This document shows, one piece after another, positions 17,699 to 29,224 of a DNA stretch of 64,000 nucleotides. Below the pieces are notes generated by a model. The model saw only the letters and a list, made by a program, of their open reading frames with translations. It did not search any database and was not told the origin of the DNA. The stretch is from Myxococcota bacterium (lineage in GTDB: Bacteria; Myxococcota_A; UBA796; SXON01): assembly GCA_040386535.1 (NCBI GenBank), contig JAZKFH010000032.1:240710-304709 (forward strand). Reading direction: 5' to 3'. Numbering within the stretch: the stretch's first letter is position 1; each line of letters starts with the position of its first letter. A program made the translations under genes and the position numbers.

Positions 17699-18115
17699 AT
17701 GTCCGTCCAATCGATCACCCCCTACCTGTTGCTCAACGGCCGCACGCGCGACGCGATCGCGCTCTACGAGCAGGCCCTCGGCGCCACGACCCACAGCGTC
17801 GCCACCTTCGGCGACACCGACGGATCCTGTCCGTCGGCGCTCGAACAGCGCGTCATGCACGCGGAACTTCGCGTGAACGGCGCCGTGCTGCTGATGAGCG
17901 ACGGCCCCGCCGACAGCCCCGTGCCGGATCACAACATGGTCAACATCGCGATCGCGTTCGACGACCCCGCCGAGCTGCGGCGCGCCTTCGACGCCCTCGC
18001 CGTGGGCGGCCGCGTCTTCGAGAAGGTGTTCCCGCCGCCGTGGGGCGGGCTGTTCGGCATGGTGGTCGACCGCTTCGGCATGCAATGGATGTGCACCTGC
18101 GAACGCGCGGACTGA
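17699..18115 (+). CDS. VOC/glyoxalase family protein (PhnB/YjdN-like)
   Basis: ITPYL...AIALYEQALG, VMHAEL, WGGLFGMVVDRFGMQW. GGAG RBS. Confidence 0.9.
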   Translation: MSVQSITPYLLLNGRTRDAIALYEQALGATTHSVATFGDTDGSCPSALEQRVMHAELRVNGAVLLMSDGPADSPVPDHNMVNIAIAFDDPAELRRAFDALAVGGRVFEKVFPPPWGGLFGMVVDRFGMQWMCTCERAD

Positions 18116-18232
18116 GGAAGCGGCGCGCGAGCAGCAGCCGCGCGTCACGTCCGGCGTCGACGAACATCCCCGGGCGCCGCGCGGCCCCGTCGGATGCGAT
18201 AGAGGGTTCCGCCACCCGACCCAAGGGGACCC

Positions 18233-19810
18233 TTGCCGCCTGTACGCCACCGCCTCTGGCTCGTAGACGACGTGCCCCTGGAGCTCGAAGCGGCCCGCCA
18301 ACAGCTCGGGACGAACTTCGACGTCGAGACCTTCGTCGACGGCGCGATGCTCCTCGAGCGGGCCATGAACGGCGCGTTGCCCGATGTGGTCGTGCTCGAC
18401 TGGCACATGGACGGGGTGAGTGGCCTCGACGTGCTCCGCTTCCTGCGGTCGCAGGCCTCGACCGTCGGGCTCCCGATCCTCGTCTTCACCGCCACCGGGA
18501 ACCGGGAGGACCTCATCGACGCCCTCGAGGCCGGCGCGGACGACTATGTCGGCAAGGGCGCGCCGGCCGCGGAGGTCAACGCGCGCGTCAGCACGCTGAT
18601 CCGCGCCAACACGCTGCGAGCCCGGGCGGAGCGCGCCGAGGCGGAGCTCGCGCATCTCCTGGTGAGCGAGCGGAGCGCCCGCGCCGAAGCCGAAGCGGCG
18701 AACCGCGAGAAGGATCAGTTCCTCGCCATGGTTTCGCATGAGCTGCGCACGCCGTTGAGCGCGATCCTCGGCTGGGCGCGGATGCTCAAGACCGGTAGCC
18801 TCGACGCGACGCAGACCGCGCGCGCGGTGGAGACGATCGTGCGGAACGCGGTCGACCAGGCGCGGCTGGTCGACGATCTGTTCGACGTGGCCCGGATCGT
18901 CTCGGGCGGCATCCGCCTGGACGTCGCTCCCTTCGACCTCTCGCGCGCCATCGAAAATGCCATCGACGCAAGCCGCCCGTCGGCGTCGGCCAAGCGTATG
19001 CGCCTGGTGGTCGACCTGACCCCCTGCTTCGTGTCGGGCGACGTGGCACGCCTGCAACAAGTTGCGTTGAACCTGCTGTCCAACGCGGTGAAGTTCACGC
19101 CGGCCGGAGGCACGGTGACCATCGCGCTCCGCTCCGACGGGAAGAACGCCACGCTGACCGTGAGCGACACCGGCCCTGGAATCTCCCCGGCGCTGCTCAC
19201 CCAGGTGTTCGACCGGTTCCGCCAGGGCGATCACTCGATCACGCGCGAGCACGGCGGGCTCGGGCTCGGCCTCTCGATCGTGCGTCAGATCGTGGAGATG
19301 CACGGGGGAACCGTCGTCGCGAGGAACGGCCCGGACGGCGGCGCGGCGTTCGACGTCGTGCTTCCCGCGCTCCCGGCCGAGGCTGCGCCCGTGGAGGCAC
19401 CGGTGCTCGATGCACTCCCCGGCAGCCGGCTCCAATCGATCCGCGTGTTGCTCACCGGGGACGACGCCGATGCGCGCTCTTCGCTGCTGGGCGTGCTCGG
19501 CGGGTGTGGGGCCGTGGTGATCGAGGCCGTCTCCGCCTCCGCGGCGATGGACGCGCTCGGGAAGGAGCCCCCCGATGTCGTCGTGTTGGCCGTCGCCACC
19601 GCCGTGCCGGAGGGCTATGCGCTGGTGCGCGAGGTGCGACACGTGTTCGGACACGGAGTGCCCGCGATCGTGGTGGGCGCGCCGCCCGGTCACGAGGACA
19701 CGGCGGTCGCCGCGGGGGCGGGGTTTCAACTCCACTTCGCCCGGCCGCTCGACACGGAAGAGCTGGTGAGGGCCATCTCGTCGTTGACCGCAGGGAGAGA
19801 CTCCACATGA
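18233..19810 (+). CDS. Hybrid histidine kinase (REC-HisKA-HATPase-pseudoREC)
   Basis: LVDD...LDWHM...K; SHELRTPL; NLLSNAVKFT, DTGPG, GLGLGL. The C-terminal receiver lacks the Asp and Lys. Confidence 0.92.
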   Translation: MPPVRHRLWLVDDVPLELEAARQQLGTNFDVETFVDGAMLLERAMNGALPDVVVLDWHMDGVSGLDVLRFLRSQASTVGLPILVFTATGNREDLIDALEAGADDYVGKGAPAAEVNARVSTLIRANTLRARAERAEAELAHLLVSERSARAEAEAANREKDQFLAMVSHELRTPLSAILGWARMLKTGSLDATQTARAVETIVRNAVDQARLVDDLFDVARIVSGGIRLDVAPFDLSRAIENAIDASRPSASAKRMRLVVDLTPCFVSGDVARLQQVALNLLSNAVKFTPAGGTVTIALRSDGKNATLTVSDTGPGISPALLTQVFDRFRQGDHSITREHGGLGLGLSIVRQIVEMHGGTVVARNGPDGGAAFDVVLPALPAEAAPVEAPVLDALPGSRLQSIRVLLTGDDADARSSLLGVLGGCGAVVIEAVSASAAMDALGKEPPDVVVLAVATAVPEGYALVREVRHVFGHGVPAIVVGAPPGHEDTAVAAGAGFQLHFARPLDTEELVRAISSLTAGRDST

Positions 19811-20184
19811 GCCGATTGCTCGTCGTCGACGACAGCAAGCTGATGCGCGACATGGTGGTCGCCTGCCTTCGCGGCATCTCCGGGACCACGTTCGTCCACG
19901 CGGCGAGCGGGCTCGAGGCGATCGAGCGGTTGTCGCTCGAGTCGTTCGATCTCGTCGTCCTCGATCTGAACATGCCGGACATCGGGGGGATCGAGGTCCT
20001 CGAGTTCGTCCGGGCCCAGGACCAGCTCGCGAACCTCCCGATCGTCATCGTGACCACGCGGGGCGACGAGCTCTCGCGGGAGCGCGCGCTCGCGGCCGGG
20101 GCCACCCGGTTCATGACCAAGCCGTTCACGCCCGACGGCATCCAGGGTGTGGTGCGGGAGCTGATCTCGGCGGCGGGGACGTGA
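19807..20184 (+). CDS. cheY: CheY-like response regulator
   Basis: LVVDDS, LDLNMP, TKPF. ATGA-coupled to the kinase and GTGA-coupled to cheA. Confidence 0.9.
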   Translation: MSRLLVVDDSKLMRDMVVACLRGISGTTFVHAASGLEAIERLSLESFDLVVLDLNMPDIGGIEVLEFVRAQDQLANLPIVIVTTRGDELSRERALAAGATRFMTKPFTPDGIQGVVRELISAAGT

Positions 20185-22253
20185 GCCGGGGCGACCCGAA
20201 CGGCGCGATCCGTGGTGAATTCCTCGAGGCCTACCTCGGGGAGGTGGACGAGCTGCTCAACAGCGCGAACGGCCTGCTCTTGGCGATCGACGCCCCGCAG
20301 CGCAACCGCGAGCCCACGCCCCGTCAGGTCCGCGACCTGTTCCGCGCCATGCACACGGTCAAGGGGCTCTCCGCCATGGTGGGCGTCGAGCCGGTGGTGT
20401 CGCTGGCGCATCGCGCGGAGGCGTTGCTTCGGAGCGCCGATCGTTCCGGAGGCCTGCTCCGGCCCGGCGCCGTCGATCTGCTCCTGCAGGCGGTCCGGGC
20501 GATCGAGCAGCGGGTCCGGGCGCTTGGTCAGCAGAAGCCGGTGCCCGCGGCACCCGCGGCCCTCCTCGACGCGCTCGACGCCATCGAGGAGGGCGTCGTA
20601 CCCGAGCCGCGCGCCGCCCCGGCGGCCCTCGTGCTCGATCCCGCGCTCGACGCGAAGCTCGCGCCCTTCGAGCGGCAAGCCCTCGCGCGCGGCGTGCGTG
20701 ACGGCAAGCGCGTGGTGTGCGTCCGCTTCGCGCCCGCTCCCGCGCTCGCCGCGGAGGGCGTGACGATCAACAGCGTGCGCGAGCGGCTGGGCAGCGTCGC
20801 CGAGATCGTCAAGGTCGTGCCGGTGTCCGTGCCCCGCTCGGACGCGGCGCCCGCCGGGCTCTCGTTCGTTCTGCTGGTGATCACCCCCGCGGACGATGCG
20901 AGCATCGCGTCTTCCGTCGGGCTCGATCCGAGCGCGATCGAGTGCCTCGCCGAGGGCGCGGCCCCCGCCGTGGTCGTCGCACAGGAGGCGCCCGAGCGCG
21001 CGTCGAGCCTGGACGACGAGATCGCGGACGAGGAGCTCGTGCACCGCAACTTCGTGCGGGTCGAGGTCGATCGGCTCGACGACACCATCACCGAGCTCGC
21101 GCAGCTCGCCGTGAGTCGCGCGGCGCTCGGCCGAGAGATCGCGAAGCTCGCGGCGAAGGGTGTCGACGTCCGGGATCTGAACGCGGTGACCCGCGATCAG
21201 GACCGCAAGGCCCGCGCGTTGCGTGCCGCCATCCTGCGGCTCCGAATGGTCCCCGTCGGCGACGTGTTCGAACGCGTCCCGCTGATCGTCCGCGGCCTCC
21301 GGCGGTCGACCGGCAAGAGCGTGCGCCTCGAGATCGAGGCGGGGCGTGCCGAGCTCGACAAGGCCGTCGCGGACCGGATCTTCCCGGTGATCGTCCACCT
21401 CGTGCGCAACGCGGTCGATCACGCCATCGAAGCCCCGGACGCCCGCGTCGCCGCCGGCAAGCCCACCGAGGGCCTCGTGCGGATCACCTGTCGCTCCCGC
21501 GGCAACGCCCAGCTCGAGCTGCAGGTCACCGACGACGGTGGCGGCGTGAACGCCGCGGAGCTCGCCCGACGCGCCGGTCGCCCCCTCCCCACCACCAACG
21601 CCGCGTTGTTGCAGCTGTTGTGTCGGCCGGGGCTCTCCACCCGCGACGAGGTGACCGACACGAGCGGCCGCGGGATGGGCATGGACATCGTCCGCCAGGT
21701 CGTGGTCGACCAGCTCGGCGGCGAGCTGACCCTCGAGACCACGCCCGGCGTCGGGACGACCTTCGCGCTGCGGGTGCCGCTGACCATCTCCATCGTCGAC
21801 GCGTTCGCGTTCGAGTGTGGCGCGCAGCGGTTCCTCGTCCCGCTCTCCACGGTCGACGCGATCGTCGAGATCGACCCCGCGGCCGTCGTGTCCCCACCCG
21901 GGCGCGGCGGGCTCGCGCTCCTTTCGCGGCGCGGCGAGAGCCTGCCGCTCGTCCAGCTCGACGTCCTCTTCGGCCTCGAGGATCCCCGCACGATCCGCAC
22001 GCGGCCGAAGGCGATGATCGTGCGCCGGGAAGACGTGGCGCTCGCGTTCGCGTTCGACCGCATGCTCGGGCAGATGGAGATCGTCGTGCGGCCGCTGACC
22101 GACCCGCTCGTCAACATGCGGGGGATCGCCGGCGCGGCGGATCTCGGTGACGGGCAGCCCACCCTCGTGGTCGACCTGTACGCGCTCGGCGCGCGGTTGG
22201 CCGACTCCGGCCTGCCAGATCGTCCAACCCCCGATAGAACGGTGCCGGCATGA
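20181..22253 (+). CDS. cheA: Chemosensory histidine kinase CheA
   Basis: FRAMHTVKG (Hpt), [21 protein letters not shown]-terminal CheW-like domain. Confidence 0.95.
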   Translation: MSRGDPNGAIRGEFLEAYLGEVDELLNSANGLLLAIDAPQRNREPTPRQVRDLFRAMHTVKGLSAMVGVEPVVSLAHRAEALLRSADRSGGLLRPGAVDLLLQAVRAIEQRVRALGQQKPVPAAPAALLDALDAIEEGVVPEPRAAPAALVLDPALDAKLAPFERQALARGVRDGKRVVCVRFAPAPALAAEGVTINSVRERLGSVAEIVKVVPVSVPRSDAAPAGLSFVLLVITPADDASIASSVGLDPSAIECLAEGAAPAVVVAQEAPERASSLDDEIADEELVHRNFVRVEVDRLDDTITELAQLAVSRAALGREIAKLAAKGVDVRDLNAVTRDQDRKARALRAAILRLRMVPVGDVFERVPLIVRGLRRSTGKSVRLEIEAGRAELDKAVADRIFPVIVHLVRNAVDHAIEAPDARVAAGKPTEGLVRITCRSRGNAQLELQVTDDGGGVNAAELARRAGRPLPTTNAALLQLLCRPGLSTRDEVTDTSGRGMGMDIVRQVVVDQLGGELTLETTPGVGTTFALRVPLTISIVDAFAFECGAQRFLVPLSTVDAIVEIDPAAVVSPPGRGGLALLSRRGESLPLVQLDVLFGLEDPRTIRTRPKAMIVRREDVALAFAFDRMLGQMEIVVRPLTDPLVNMRGIAGAADLGDGQPTLVVDLYALGARLADSGLPDRPTPDRTVPA

Positions 22254-22690
22254 TCGAAGAGCTGCACGTGCTGTTCCGGGTGGGGGCCGCCGAGTACGCG
22301 CTGCCCGCACGGCAGGTCTCCCAGATGGAGTCCTTCGCCGGGGTGACGCGGATCCCGGGCGCGGCGCCGCATGTCGCGGGGATCGTGCAGGTCCGCGGTC
22401 GCGTGGTGCCGGTCATCGACCTGCGGGTGAAGTTCGGGTTGGAGGCGACCCCGGCCACGCAGGACAGCCGCCTCGTGGTCACGCAGATCGGAGATCGGCA
22501 GGTGGCGTTGCTCGTCGACGGGGCCCGGGAGGTCATCCGGCTCTCGCCCGAGAACGTGCGCCCGCCGCCGCCGATGGTGGTCGTTCAAAGTCGCGGGATC
22601 GTGCGGGCGATCGCCCAGATCGGGTCTCGCGTCGTGATGTTGGTGGATGCCGACGGTCTCGTCGGAGAGGAGACGCTCGATGGCGCGTGA
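22250..22690 (+). CDS. cheW: CheW adaptor
   Basis: TRIPGA...[16 protein letters not shown]. Confidence 0.93.
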   Translation: MIEELHVLFRVGAAEYALPARQVSQMESFAGVTRIPGAAPHVAGIVQVRGRVVPVIDLRVKFGLEATPATQDSRLVVTQIGDRQVALLVDGAREVIRLSPENVRPPPPMVVVQSRGIVRAIAQIGSRVVMLVDADGLVGEETLDGA

Positions 22691-25016
22691 CGAACAGGCG
22701 AGCCCCCCCCGGCGGGCGGGCGCGAAGGCGGCCCGCAACGGCGTCGCCGCGACCTCGGCGGACTTCGCGTCCCTGCTGGACACCGTGTCGGCCGCGATCG
22801 AGGAAACGTCGGCCTCCACCGAGGAGCTGACGCGCTCCCAGCGCGCCGTCCGTGACCTCACCGTGCGGATCGCAAAGGGCTCGGAGGAGACGAGCGCGAG
22901 CCTCGGCCAGGCCGCGGTCGCCATCCGCGAGCTCGGCGCCGAGAGCACCCAGCTGGCGGAGGCCGCCGAGACCACCGCGGTGACCCTCGAGGAGGTGGCG
23001 CGGTCCGTGCACGCCGTGTCCGGCAGCTGCGAGGAGCTCGCCGCGACGAGCGACAGCCTGCTCGCGACGTCGACCGAGACCAGCCGCGCCGTCGACGAGG
23101 TGTCCAAGCGGGGCGAGAGCACCGCGGCCGCCGTCGAGGAGCTCGCCGCCACGCTCGAGGAGATGTCGGCGGGTGTGGGCCGCCTCGCCACCGACGCGCG
23201 GACGGTGGGGGAGCGCGTCGAGCAGCTCGCCGGCTCCGTCATCACCGTGGGGCACGGGCTCACCGAGGTCGCACGCAGCGCCTCGGAGATGGCCTCGTCG
23301 GTGGAAGAGAGCTCCGCCACCACCGAAGAGGTCGCGCGTTCGATCCGCAGCGTCTCCGACAACGCGCGCCAGCTCCAGACCGCGGCGGCGGACGCCGCGA
23401 GCACCGCGACCGAGATCGCCGCCTCGGTGGAAGAGGTGGCCGCCACCGCCCTGAAGAACGCGGCCGCGGTCGACTCGAGCGTCGCCTCGATCGAGCAGCT
23501 CACCCGCAGCGCGGACGCGGTGTCGCGCGCCGCGAGCAACATCGACCAGCTCGCCACGACCAGCGCCGCGGCCGCGTCCCAGCTCGAGTCGTCCACCCGG
23601 CGCATCGCGCTGGTGTCCGAAGGCGCCCGGGCCACCGCGGAGCGCCTGGGCACCTCGGCCCGGGACGGCGGCGCGATCGTGGGGCGCTCCATCGCCGGGA
23701 TGGTGCGGATCCGCTCCTCGATCGCCGAGTCGGCGGGCGTGGTGAAGGAGATGGGGCGCCGCGTCGAAGAGATCGGGGACATCGTGCAGACGATCAACCT
23801 CCTCGCCGATCGGACCAACCTCTTGTCGCTCAACGCGAGCATCGAGGCCGCCCGCGCCGGCGAGCACGGGCGTGGCTTCGCCGTGGTCGCCGAGGAGATC
23901 CGGGCCCTCGCCGACCGCGCCGCCGCCGCGAGCGCCGACGTGGCCAAGATCGTCCGCGGCCTCCAGAGCACGGCCCGCGACGCGGTGACCAGCTCCGCCG
24001 AGGGCTTGCGCAGCGCGGACGAGGGCGCGTCGCTCGCCAGTGACGCGGAGCGCGCCCTCACCCAGGTGCTCGGCGCCGTCGACGAGCTCGGCAACGCCGT
24101 GCGTGAGGTCTCGAAGGGCACCGGCGAGCAGGTGACCGCCGTCCAGGCGGTGGTGCAGGCCACCGGACGTACGAGCGAGCAGGCGCGCGGCATCTCGACC
24201 GCCGCGGCCGAGCAGCTCCAGGCCGCGCGGGCGCTCGCGCTGGGCGGCGGCGAGATGCGGAACATGGCGCGCCAGACGACCGCGGCCACCGGGGAGCAGG
24301 CGAAGGCGCTGCGGGATCTCGTGAAGGTGAACGCCCAGCTGCTGTCGGGCGCGGAGCAGGTCGCCAAGGCGACCCAGGAGCAGGCGATCGCCACGTCGGA
24401 TCTCGCCCGCGCCGGGGCGCACCTGCGCACCCTGACCCGGCAGGTGGCGACCGCGACGAGCGACCAGAGCCGGAACGTCGCCGCGATCGGCGCGCTCGGG
24501 ACCGAGGTGGGGACGGCCACGCAGCGCACGGTGAGCGGGCTCGGCGAGCAGTCACGCGCGATCGCGGAGGCCGCGCGGGCGATGGACGATCTCCGTCGCC
24601 AGGTGGTGTCGGGTGCCCGCGGTATCGCCGAGCAGGCCCAGGCCGCGCGCCACGTCGAGGACGCCGCGCGAAAGGTCGCCGGGCTCGCCAAGAGCGTGAC
24701 TCGGGCCACGGAGGAGCAGGCCTCCGCCACCGCGTCGCTCACGCGCGGCGCCGACCAGGTCCGGCGCGTGTCCAAGAAGGCGGCACGGACGCTCGAAGAC
24801 CAGGGAGTCGTCCTCGAACAGGTGGCCACGGAGGCGGCGAAGCAGGCGATCGCGGTGGCCTCCATCGCCAGCGCCACCGCCGAGCAGGCCGCGGCGAGCG
24901 AGCAGATCATGCGGATGATCACGCACCTGCGCGCGTCGGCCCAGCAGGTGGTCGAGGTTGCCCGCCGCGCCCGACCGGAGGCGACCGCGCCGCCGGATGC
25001 CGAGGATCCGGCATGA
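22680..25016 (+). CDS. Cytoplasmic methyl-accepting chemoreceptor with very long coiled coil
   Basis: [33 protein letters not shown] hairpin tip, no TM segment, many S/T-x-EE heptads. Confidence 0.93.
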   Translation: MARDEQASPPRRAGAKAARNGVAATSADFASLLDTVSAAIEETSASTEELTRSQRAVRDLTVRIAKGSEETSASLGQAAVAIRELGAESTQLAEAAETTAVTLEEVARSVHAVSGSCEELAATSDSLLATSTETSRAVDEVSKRGESTAAAVEELAATLEEMSAGVGRLATDARTVGERVEQLAGSVITVGHGLTEVARSASEMASSVEESSATTEEVARSIRSVSDNARQLQTAAADAASTATEIAASVEEVAATALKNAAAVDSSVASIEQLTRSADAVSRAASNIDQLATTSAAAASQLESSTRRIALVSEGARATAERLGTSARDGGAIVGRSIAGMVRIRSSIAESAGVVKEMGRRVEEIGDIVQTINLLADRTNLLSLNASIEAARAGEHGRGFAVVAEEIRALADRAAAASADVAKIVRGLQSTARDAVTSSAEGLRSADEGASLASDAERALTQVLGAVDELGNAVREVSKGTGEQVTAVQAVVQATGRTSEQARGISTAAAEQLQAARALALGGGEMRNMARQTTAATGEQAKALRDLVKVNAQLLSGAEQVAKATQEQAIATSDLARAGAHLRTLTRQVATATSDQSRNVAAIGALGTEVGTATQRTVSGLGEQSRAIAEAARAMDDLRRQVVSGARGIAEQAQAARHVEDAARKVAGLAKSVTRATEEQASATASLTRGADQVRRVSKKAARTLEDQGVVLEQVATEAAKQAIAVASIASATAEQAAASEQIMRMITHLRASAQQVVEVARRARPEATAPPDAEDPA

Positions 25017-27361
25017 GCGAGCCGGTGCCGGCGCTCTCGAGCGCGGATCGGGAGCGCCTCGACGAGGTCGATGAGCTCGCCCGGGGCGAGGACGCCGTGG
25101 GCGAGCTGATCGCGCGCCTGAGCGACCCGAAGTGGCCGGTGCGTCGCGCCGTCGTCGCCGCCCTGGGGCAGCTCGGCGATCGCGCGGTCACGCCGCTGGT
25201 CGTGTCGCTCGTGTCCGACCGCACCGACGAGCGCCGGATGGCCGCCACCGTCGATGCCCTCGTGGCGTCGGTCGGGGACCCCGACGCGGCGCTGCTGGCG
25301 CTCGACGACGCCACGCCCGCCGTGTTGTGCGACATCGCCCAAGTGCTCGGCCGCCGCCGCAGCGCCGCCGCGGTGGGCACGCTCGTCGCCTGGGTCGCGC
25401 ACGAAGACGACAACGTCGCCATCGCGGCGATGGAGGCGTTGGGCCGCATCGGGGGAGGCGCCGGGGTGGACGCCCTCGCCGGCGCCGCGGGGAGCGGCAA
25501 CGTGTTCCGCACGTTCGGCGCGGTCGAGGTGCTCGCCCGTTGCCAGGACCCGCAGGCGCTGGCGCCCCTCGTCGAGCTGCTCCGGGATCCGCTCGCCGGC
25601 GGCGAGGCCACGCGCGCGCTCGGGCGCCGGGGGCTGGCCGACGCGGTCCCGGCGCTCACACAGCTGCTCGATTCGCACGCAGGCGCGCGCGTTCGCAGCG
25701 CCGCGACGGCACTGGTGGCGATCGCGAGCCGCTTCGTCCGCCAGTTCGGCACCGCCGACGCGATCGCGCGCGAGGTGCGGGCCGCCATCGCCGACCCGGG
25801 GTCGACCGCGGGCGAGCTGGCCCGCGCCGCCGCCGAGGGCGACAGCGAGGAGCGCGTCGCGATCGCACGCGTGCTCGGATGGCTCCAGGATGCACGCGGT
25901 GCCGCGTCTCTCGTCGAGCTCCTGGTGGACGAGCCGGACGTCGCCCGCGCCGCGTTGACCGCGCTCGCCGAGCTCGGCCCCACCGCGACCCCGTTCCTGC
26001 TCGCGGCGCTCGTCGCGGGGGACAGCGACGCGCGGATCCTGTTGTTGTCGGCGGTGCCGAACATTCCGGAGGTCGGCGAGGCCGTGTCCGTGTGCCTGGC
26101 GGATCCGGAGCCCGACGTGCGCCGCCTCGCCTGCGAGCTCCTCGCGCGCGCCCACGCCGTCTCGGCCGTCCCGGCGTTGTTCGGGACACTCGACGATCCG
26201 GACGCGCGGGTCGGCCAGGCCGCCGCCTCCGCGATCCAGGCGCTCGGGCACGACCGCACCGAGGCGCTCTCGCTCGAGGCAGCGGCGTCGCCCTCGCCGC
26301 GGGTGCGCCGCGCCGGCCTGCGCCTGCTCGGCTACTTCGGGTGGCCGTCCGGGATCGACACGCTCATCGACGCCGCGCGGACCGGGCCCGATCGGCTGCG
26401 GGAAACGGCGCTGCAGAGCCTCGCGTACGTCGACGACCCGCGCGCCCTCGCGGCGTTGTACGCCGCCGGTGTCGGGGAGCGTGCGTCCGAGCGTGCTGGC
26501 GCCATGCGCGCGCTCGGCAACGTGACGCCCGGCTCGGAGACCATCGAGCGCATCTCCGCCGGGATGTCCGACCCCGACGCGTGGGTCCGGTACTACGCGT
26601 GCCAGTCGGCCGGCCGCCTCGGCGCGGTCGGGCTGCTCGACGCCCTCATCGAGCGGCTCCGCGATCCCGCGGCCCAGGTGCGCATCGCGGTGGTCGACGC
26701 GCTCGCGCGGATCCCCGCGCCCGCCGCGATCCGGGCGTTGCTCGACGCGGCGGCCGACCCCGATCCCGATCTCCGGCGCGCCGCGATCCTCGGCCTCGGC
26801 ACCTCTCGGCCCCCCGAAGCGTTGGCCCCGATCGCCGCCGCGGCGAGCGGCGCCGAGGTCACGACGCGGCTGGTCGCGCTCTCGGCGCTGGGCGGGTTCG
26901 AGAGCGCCGACGTCGAGCCCATCCTGCTCGCCGCGGCCCGCGACGCCGACGAATCCGTGCACAACACGGCGGTCGCCGTTCTCGCGGGTCGGTCCGGCAT
27001 CCGCGCTACCGGCGCGCTGGTCGGCCTGCTCGAGCAGGCGAGCACCCACCAGGCGGTGGTCGACGCGCTGGCCACCTGGGCGCCGGGCCGGATCCCGGGC
27101 ATGTTGTTGGCGTTGGAAGAGGCGGACGCCGCCACCACGTCGTCCCTCGTCTCCGCCCTCGCGCGGATGGACCGGGCCGAGGCACGGGCCGCGCTCGGCG
27201 TCGTCCTGGTGATGGAGCGTGTGGCGCTCCGTCGCGCCGCCGCCGCCGCGCTCGCCGCGATCGGCGCCGGAACGTCCCGCTTGCAACTCGAACGATCCGC
27301 GTCCGTGGATCCGGACCCCGAAGTCCGGCTCCTCGCGCGCCATGCGCTCGCCCACGCATGA
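25013..27361 (+). CDS. HEAT/PBS-lyase repeat protein (Cpc7-like)
   Basis: Many LxDxxxxVRxxAxxALG repeats, embedded in the che operon. Confidence 0.9.
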   Translation: MSEPVPALSSADRERLDEVDELARGEDAVGELIARLSDPKWPVRRAVVAALGQLGDRAVTPLVVSLVSDRTDERRMAATVDALVASVGDPDAALLALDDATPAVLCDIAQVLGRRRSAAAVGTLVAWVAHEDDNVAIAAMEALGRIGGGAGVDALAGAAGSGNVFRTFGAVEVLARCQDPQALAPLVELLRDPLAGGEATRALGRRGLADAVPALTQLLDSHAGARVRSAATALVAIASRFVRQFGTADAIAREVRAAIADPGSTAGELARAAAEGDSEERVAIARVLGWLQDARGAASLVELLVDEPDVARAALTALAELGPTATPFLLAALVAGDSDARILLLSAVPNIPEVGEAVSVCLADPEPDVRRLACELLARAHAVSAVPALFGTLDDPDARVGQAAASAIQALGHDRTEALSLEAAASPSPRVRRAGLRLLGYFGWPSGIDTLIDAARTGPDRLRETALQSLAYVDDPRALAALYAAGVGERASERAGAMRALGNVTPGSETIERISAGMSDPDAWVRYYACQSAGRLGAVGLLDALIERLRDPAAQVRIAVVDALARIPAPAAIRALLDAAADPDPDLRRAAILGLGTSRPPEALAPIAAAASGAEVTTRLVALSALGGFESADVEPILLAAARDADESVHNTAVAVLAGRSGIRATGALVGLLEQASTHQAVVDALATWAPGRIPGMLLALEEADAATTSSLVSALARMDRAEARAALGVVLVMERVALRRAAAAALAAIGAGTSRLQLERSASVDPDPEVRLLARHALAHA

Positions 27362-28176
27362 TCTCGGACCCCGAAGAGCTCGCCGTCACCCTGCTGGCGC
27401 AGCTGATCGAGCGCCGGATCGGCCTGCACTACGCGGTGCGGGATCGCCCGATCCTGGCCGGCAAGCTCCGCGATCACGCCGACGCGGAAGGGTTCGACTC
27501 CCTGCTCGACTTCTACCGGTCGGTCGAGTACGACGACCTCGGCGGCGAGCGCTTGAACACGCTGGTCGACGTGCTCATCGTCGGCGAGACCTACTTCCTG
27601 CGGGAGAGGCCGGGGCTCGAGCGCGTCGTGGAGATCGTGCAGGAGCGGCGTAGCCGCCACCTGTCGACCCGCATCTGGTCGGCCGCGTGCGCCACGGGCG
27701 AGGAGATCCTGTCGCTCGCCGCGATGCTCGCGGAGCAGAACCTCTTGGAGGACGTGCGCCTCGTCGCGAGCGACGTGAGCGATCGGCAGCTCGCCCGCGC
27801 GAGGAAGGGCCACCACACCCTGCGTTCCTTGCGGCTGCTCCCCGACGGAATGCCGCCCTGGATCCGCGCGCAGGACGGCGTGGCCGTCGTCGATCCCCGG
27901 CTCACCCAGCGGGTGGACTGGCGCAAGGTGAACCTGATCGACAGCGCCGCGGTGGCGGCGCTCGGGCCGTTCGACGTGATCCTGTGCAGGAACGTGCTGA
28001 TCTATTTCGACGACGCGATGGTCGTCCGCGTGGCCGAGACCCTCGCCGACGCGCTGGTTCCCGGGGGCACCTTGCTGATCGGAACGTCGGAGTCCCTGCT
28101 CCGCTTCGCCACCTCGCTGCGCTGCGTCGAGTCGCGGGGCACCTTCCTGTACCGACGCCACGAGAACGCACGATGA
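27358..28176 (+). CDS. cheR: CheR methyltransferase
   Basis: ETYFLRE, RIWSAACATGEE, FDVILCRNVLIYFD (3' part of ORF 25132..28176). Confidence 0.93.
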   Translation: MISDPEELAVTLLAQLIERRIGLHYAVRDRPILAGKLRDHADAEGFDSLLDFYRSVEYDDLGGERLNTLVDVLIVGETYFLRERPGLERVVEIVQERRSRHLSTRIWSAACATGEEILSLAAMLAEQNLLEDVRLVASDVSDRQLARARKGHHTLRSLRLLPDGMPPWIRAQDGVAVVDPRLTQRVDWRKVNLIDSAAVAALGPFDVILCRNVLIYFDDAMVVRVAETLADALVPGGTLLIGTSESLLRFATSLRCVESRGTFLYRRHENAR

Positions 28177-29189
28177 CCCGCCGCATCCGGGTGCTCGTCG
28201 TCGACGATTCCGCGTTCGCGCGCAAGGTCGTGCGGGAGTGCCTCGCGCTCGACCCGCAGATCGAGGTCGTGGGCACGGCGCGGGACGGCCTCGATGCCCT
28301 CGAGAAGATCGCCGAGCTCTCGCCGGACGTGATCACCCTCGATCTGGTGATGCCGAACCTCGACGGCATCACGCTCCTGGGGCACCTCCCCGCCTCGCCG
28401 CCGCGCGTCGTCATCTGCAGCACCGCCGAAGTGGACAGCGCGATGGTGGTGCACGCGCTGTCGCTCGGCGCGATCGCGTCGGTACACAAGCCCACCGCGT
28501 TGGCGACCGAGCGCCTGTACGAGATCGGGCGGCCGTTGATCGAGGCGGTGAAGCTGGCGGCGAGCGCGGGCCACGTCGGCCCGGCAGCGCTCGAGCTGAC
28601 GCCCCTGACCATCGCCCCCCGGGCGGTGCGGACCCAATTCCTCGCGATCGGAGCGTCGACCGGCGGCCCGCAGGCGATCTCGCAGATCCTCAAGGCGTTG
28701 CCCGCCGACTTTCCGGTGCCGGTCGCCGTCGTGGTGCACATGCCGAGCGGGTACACCGAGGGCTTCGCCTCGCGCCTGAACGACAACTGCGCCCTCGAAG
28801 TGATCGAGGCGCACGACGGCGCCGCGCTCGCCCCCGGTCGGGTGATCATCGCGCGCGGCGGGCTGCACCTGTGTGTCCACCCCTCGGGCGGCTCGGTCCG
28901 CTTGAGCGTGCAGCCGCTCGACCGACCGCACCGCCCCTCCGTCGACATCCTGTTCACCACGGCCGCGGCGGCGTTCCGCGACCGTACGCTGGCGGTGGTG
29001 CTCACGGGAATGGGAGACGACGGCCTCGTCGGCTCGCGGGCGGTGGTGTCCGCTGGCGGCCGGGTGCTGACGCAGTCCGCGGCGACCTGCGTCGTCTACG
29101 GGATGCCGCGGGTCGTGGCGGAGGCGGGCCTGTCGGCGGGGATCGCCGGGCTCGACGAGATGGCGAGGACGATCGGCTCCGCGTTGTAG
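28173..29189 (+). CDS. cheB: CheB methylesterase (REC-CheB)
   Basis: VLVVDDS, GASTGG, VHMP, HRPSVD, LTGMGDDG. Confidence 0.94.
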   Translation: MTRRIRVLVVDDSAFARKVVRECLALDPQIEVVGTARDGLDALEKIAELSPDVITLDLVMPNLDGITLLGHLPASPPRVVICSTAEVDSAMVVHALSLGAIASVHKPTALATERLYEIGRPLIEAVKLAASAGHVGPAALELTPLTIAPRAVRTQFLAIGASTGGPQAISQILKALPADFPVPVAVVVHMPSGYTEGFASRLNDNCALEVIEAHDGAALAPGRVIIARGGLHLCVHPSGGSVRLSVQPLDRPHRPSVDILFTTAAAAFRDRTLAVVLTGMGDDGLVGSRAVVSAGGRVLTQSAATCVVYGMPRVVAEAGLSAGIAGLDEMARTIGSAL

Positions 29190-29224
29190 TCCAGGCCTCC
29201 TGCCACCAGCGCTCCGACCTCGTT

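Noticed and set aside
21419..27355. 1978-aa minus-strand ORF
   Set aside because: Antisense shadow of cheA/cheW/MCP/HEAT genes.
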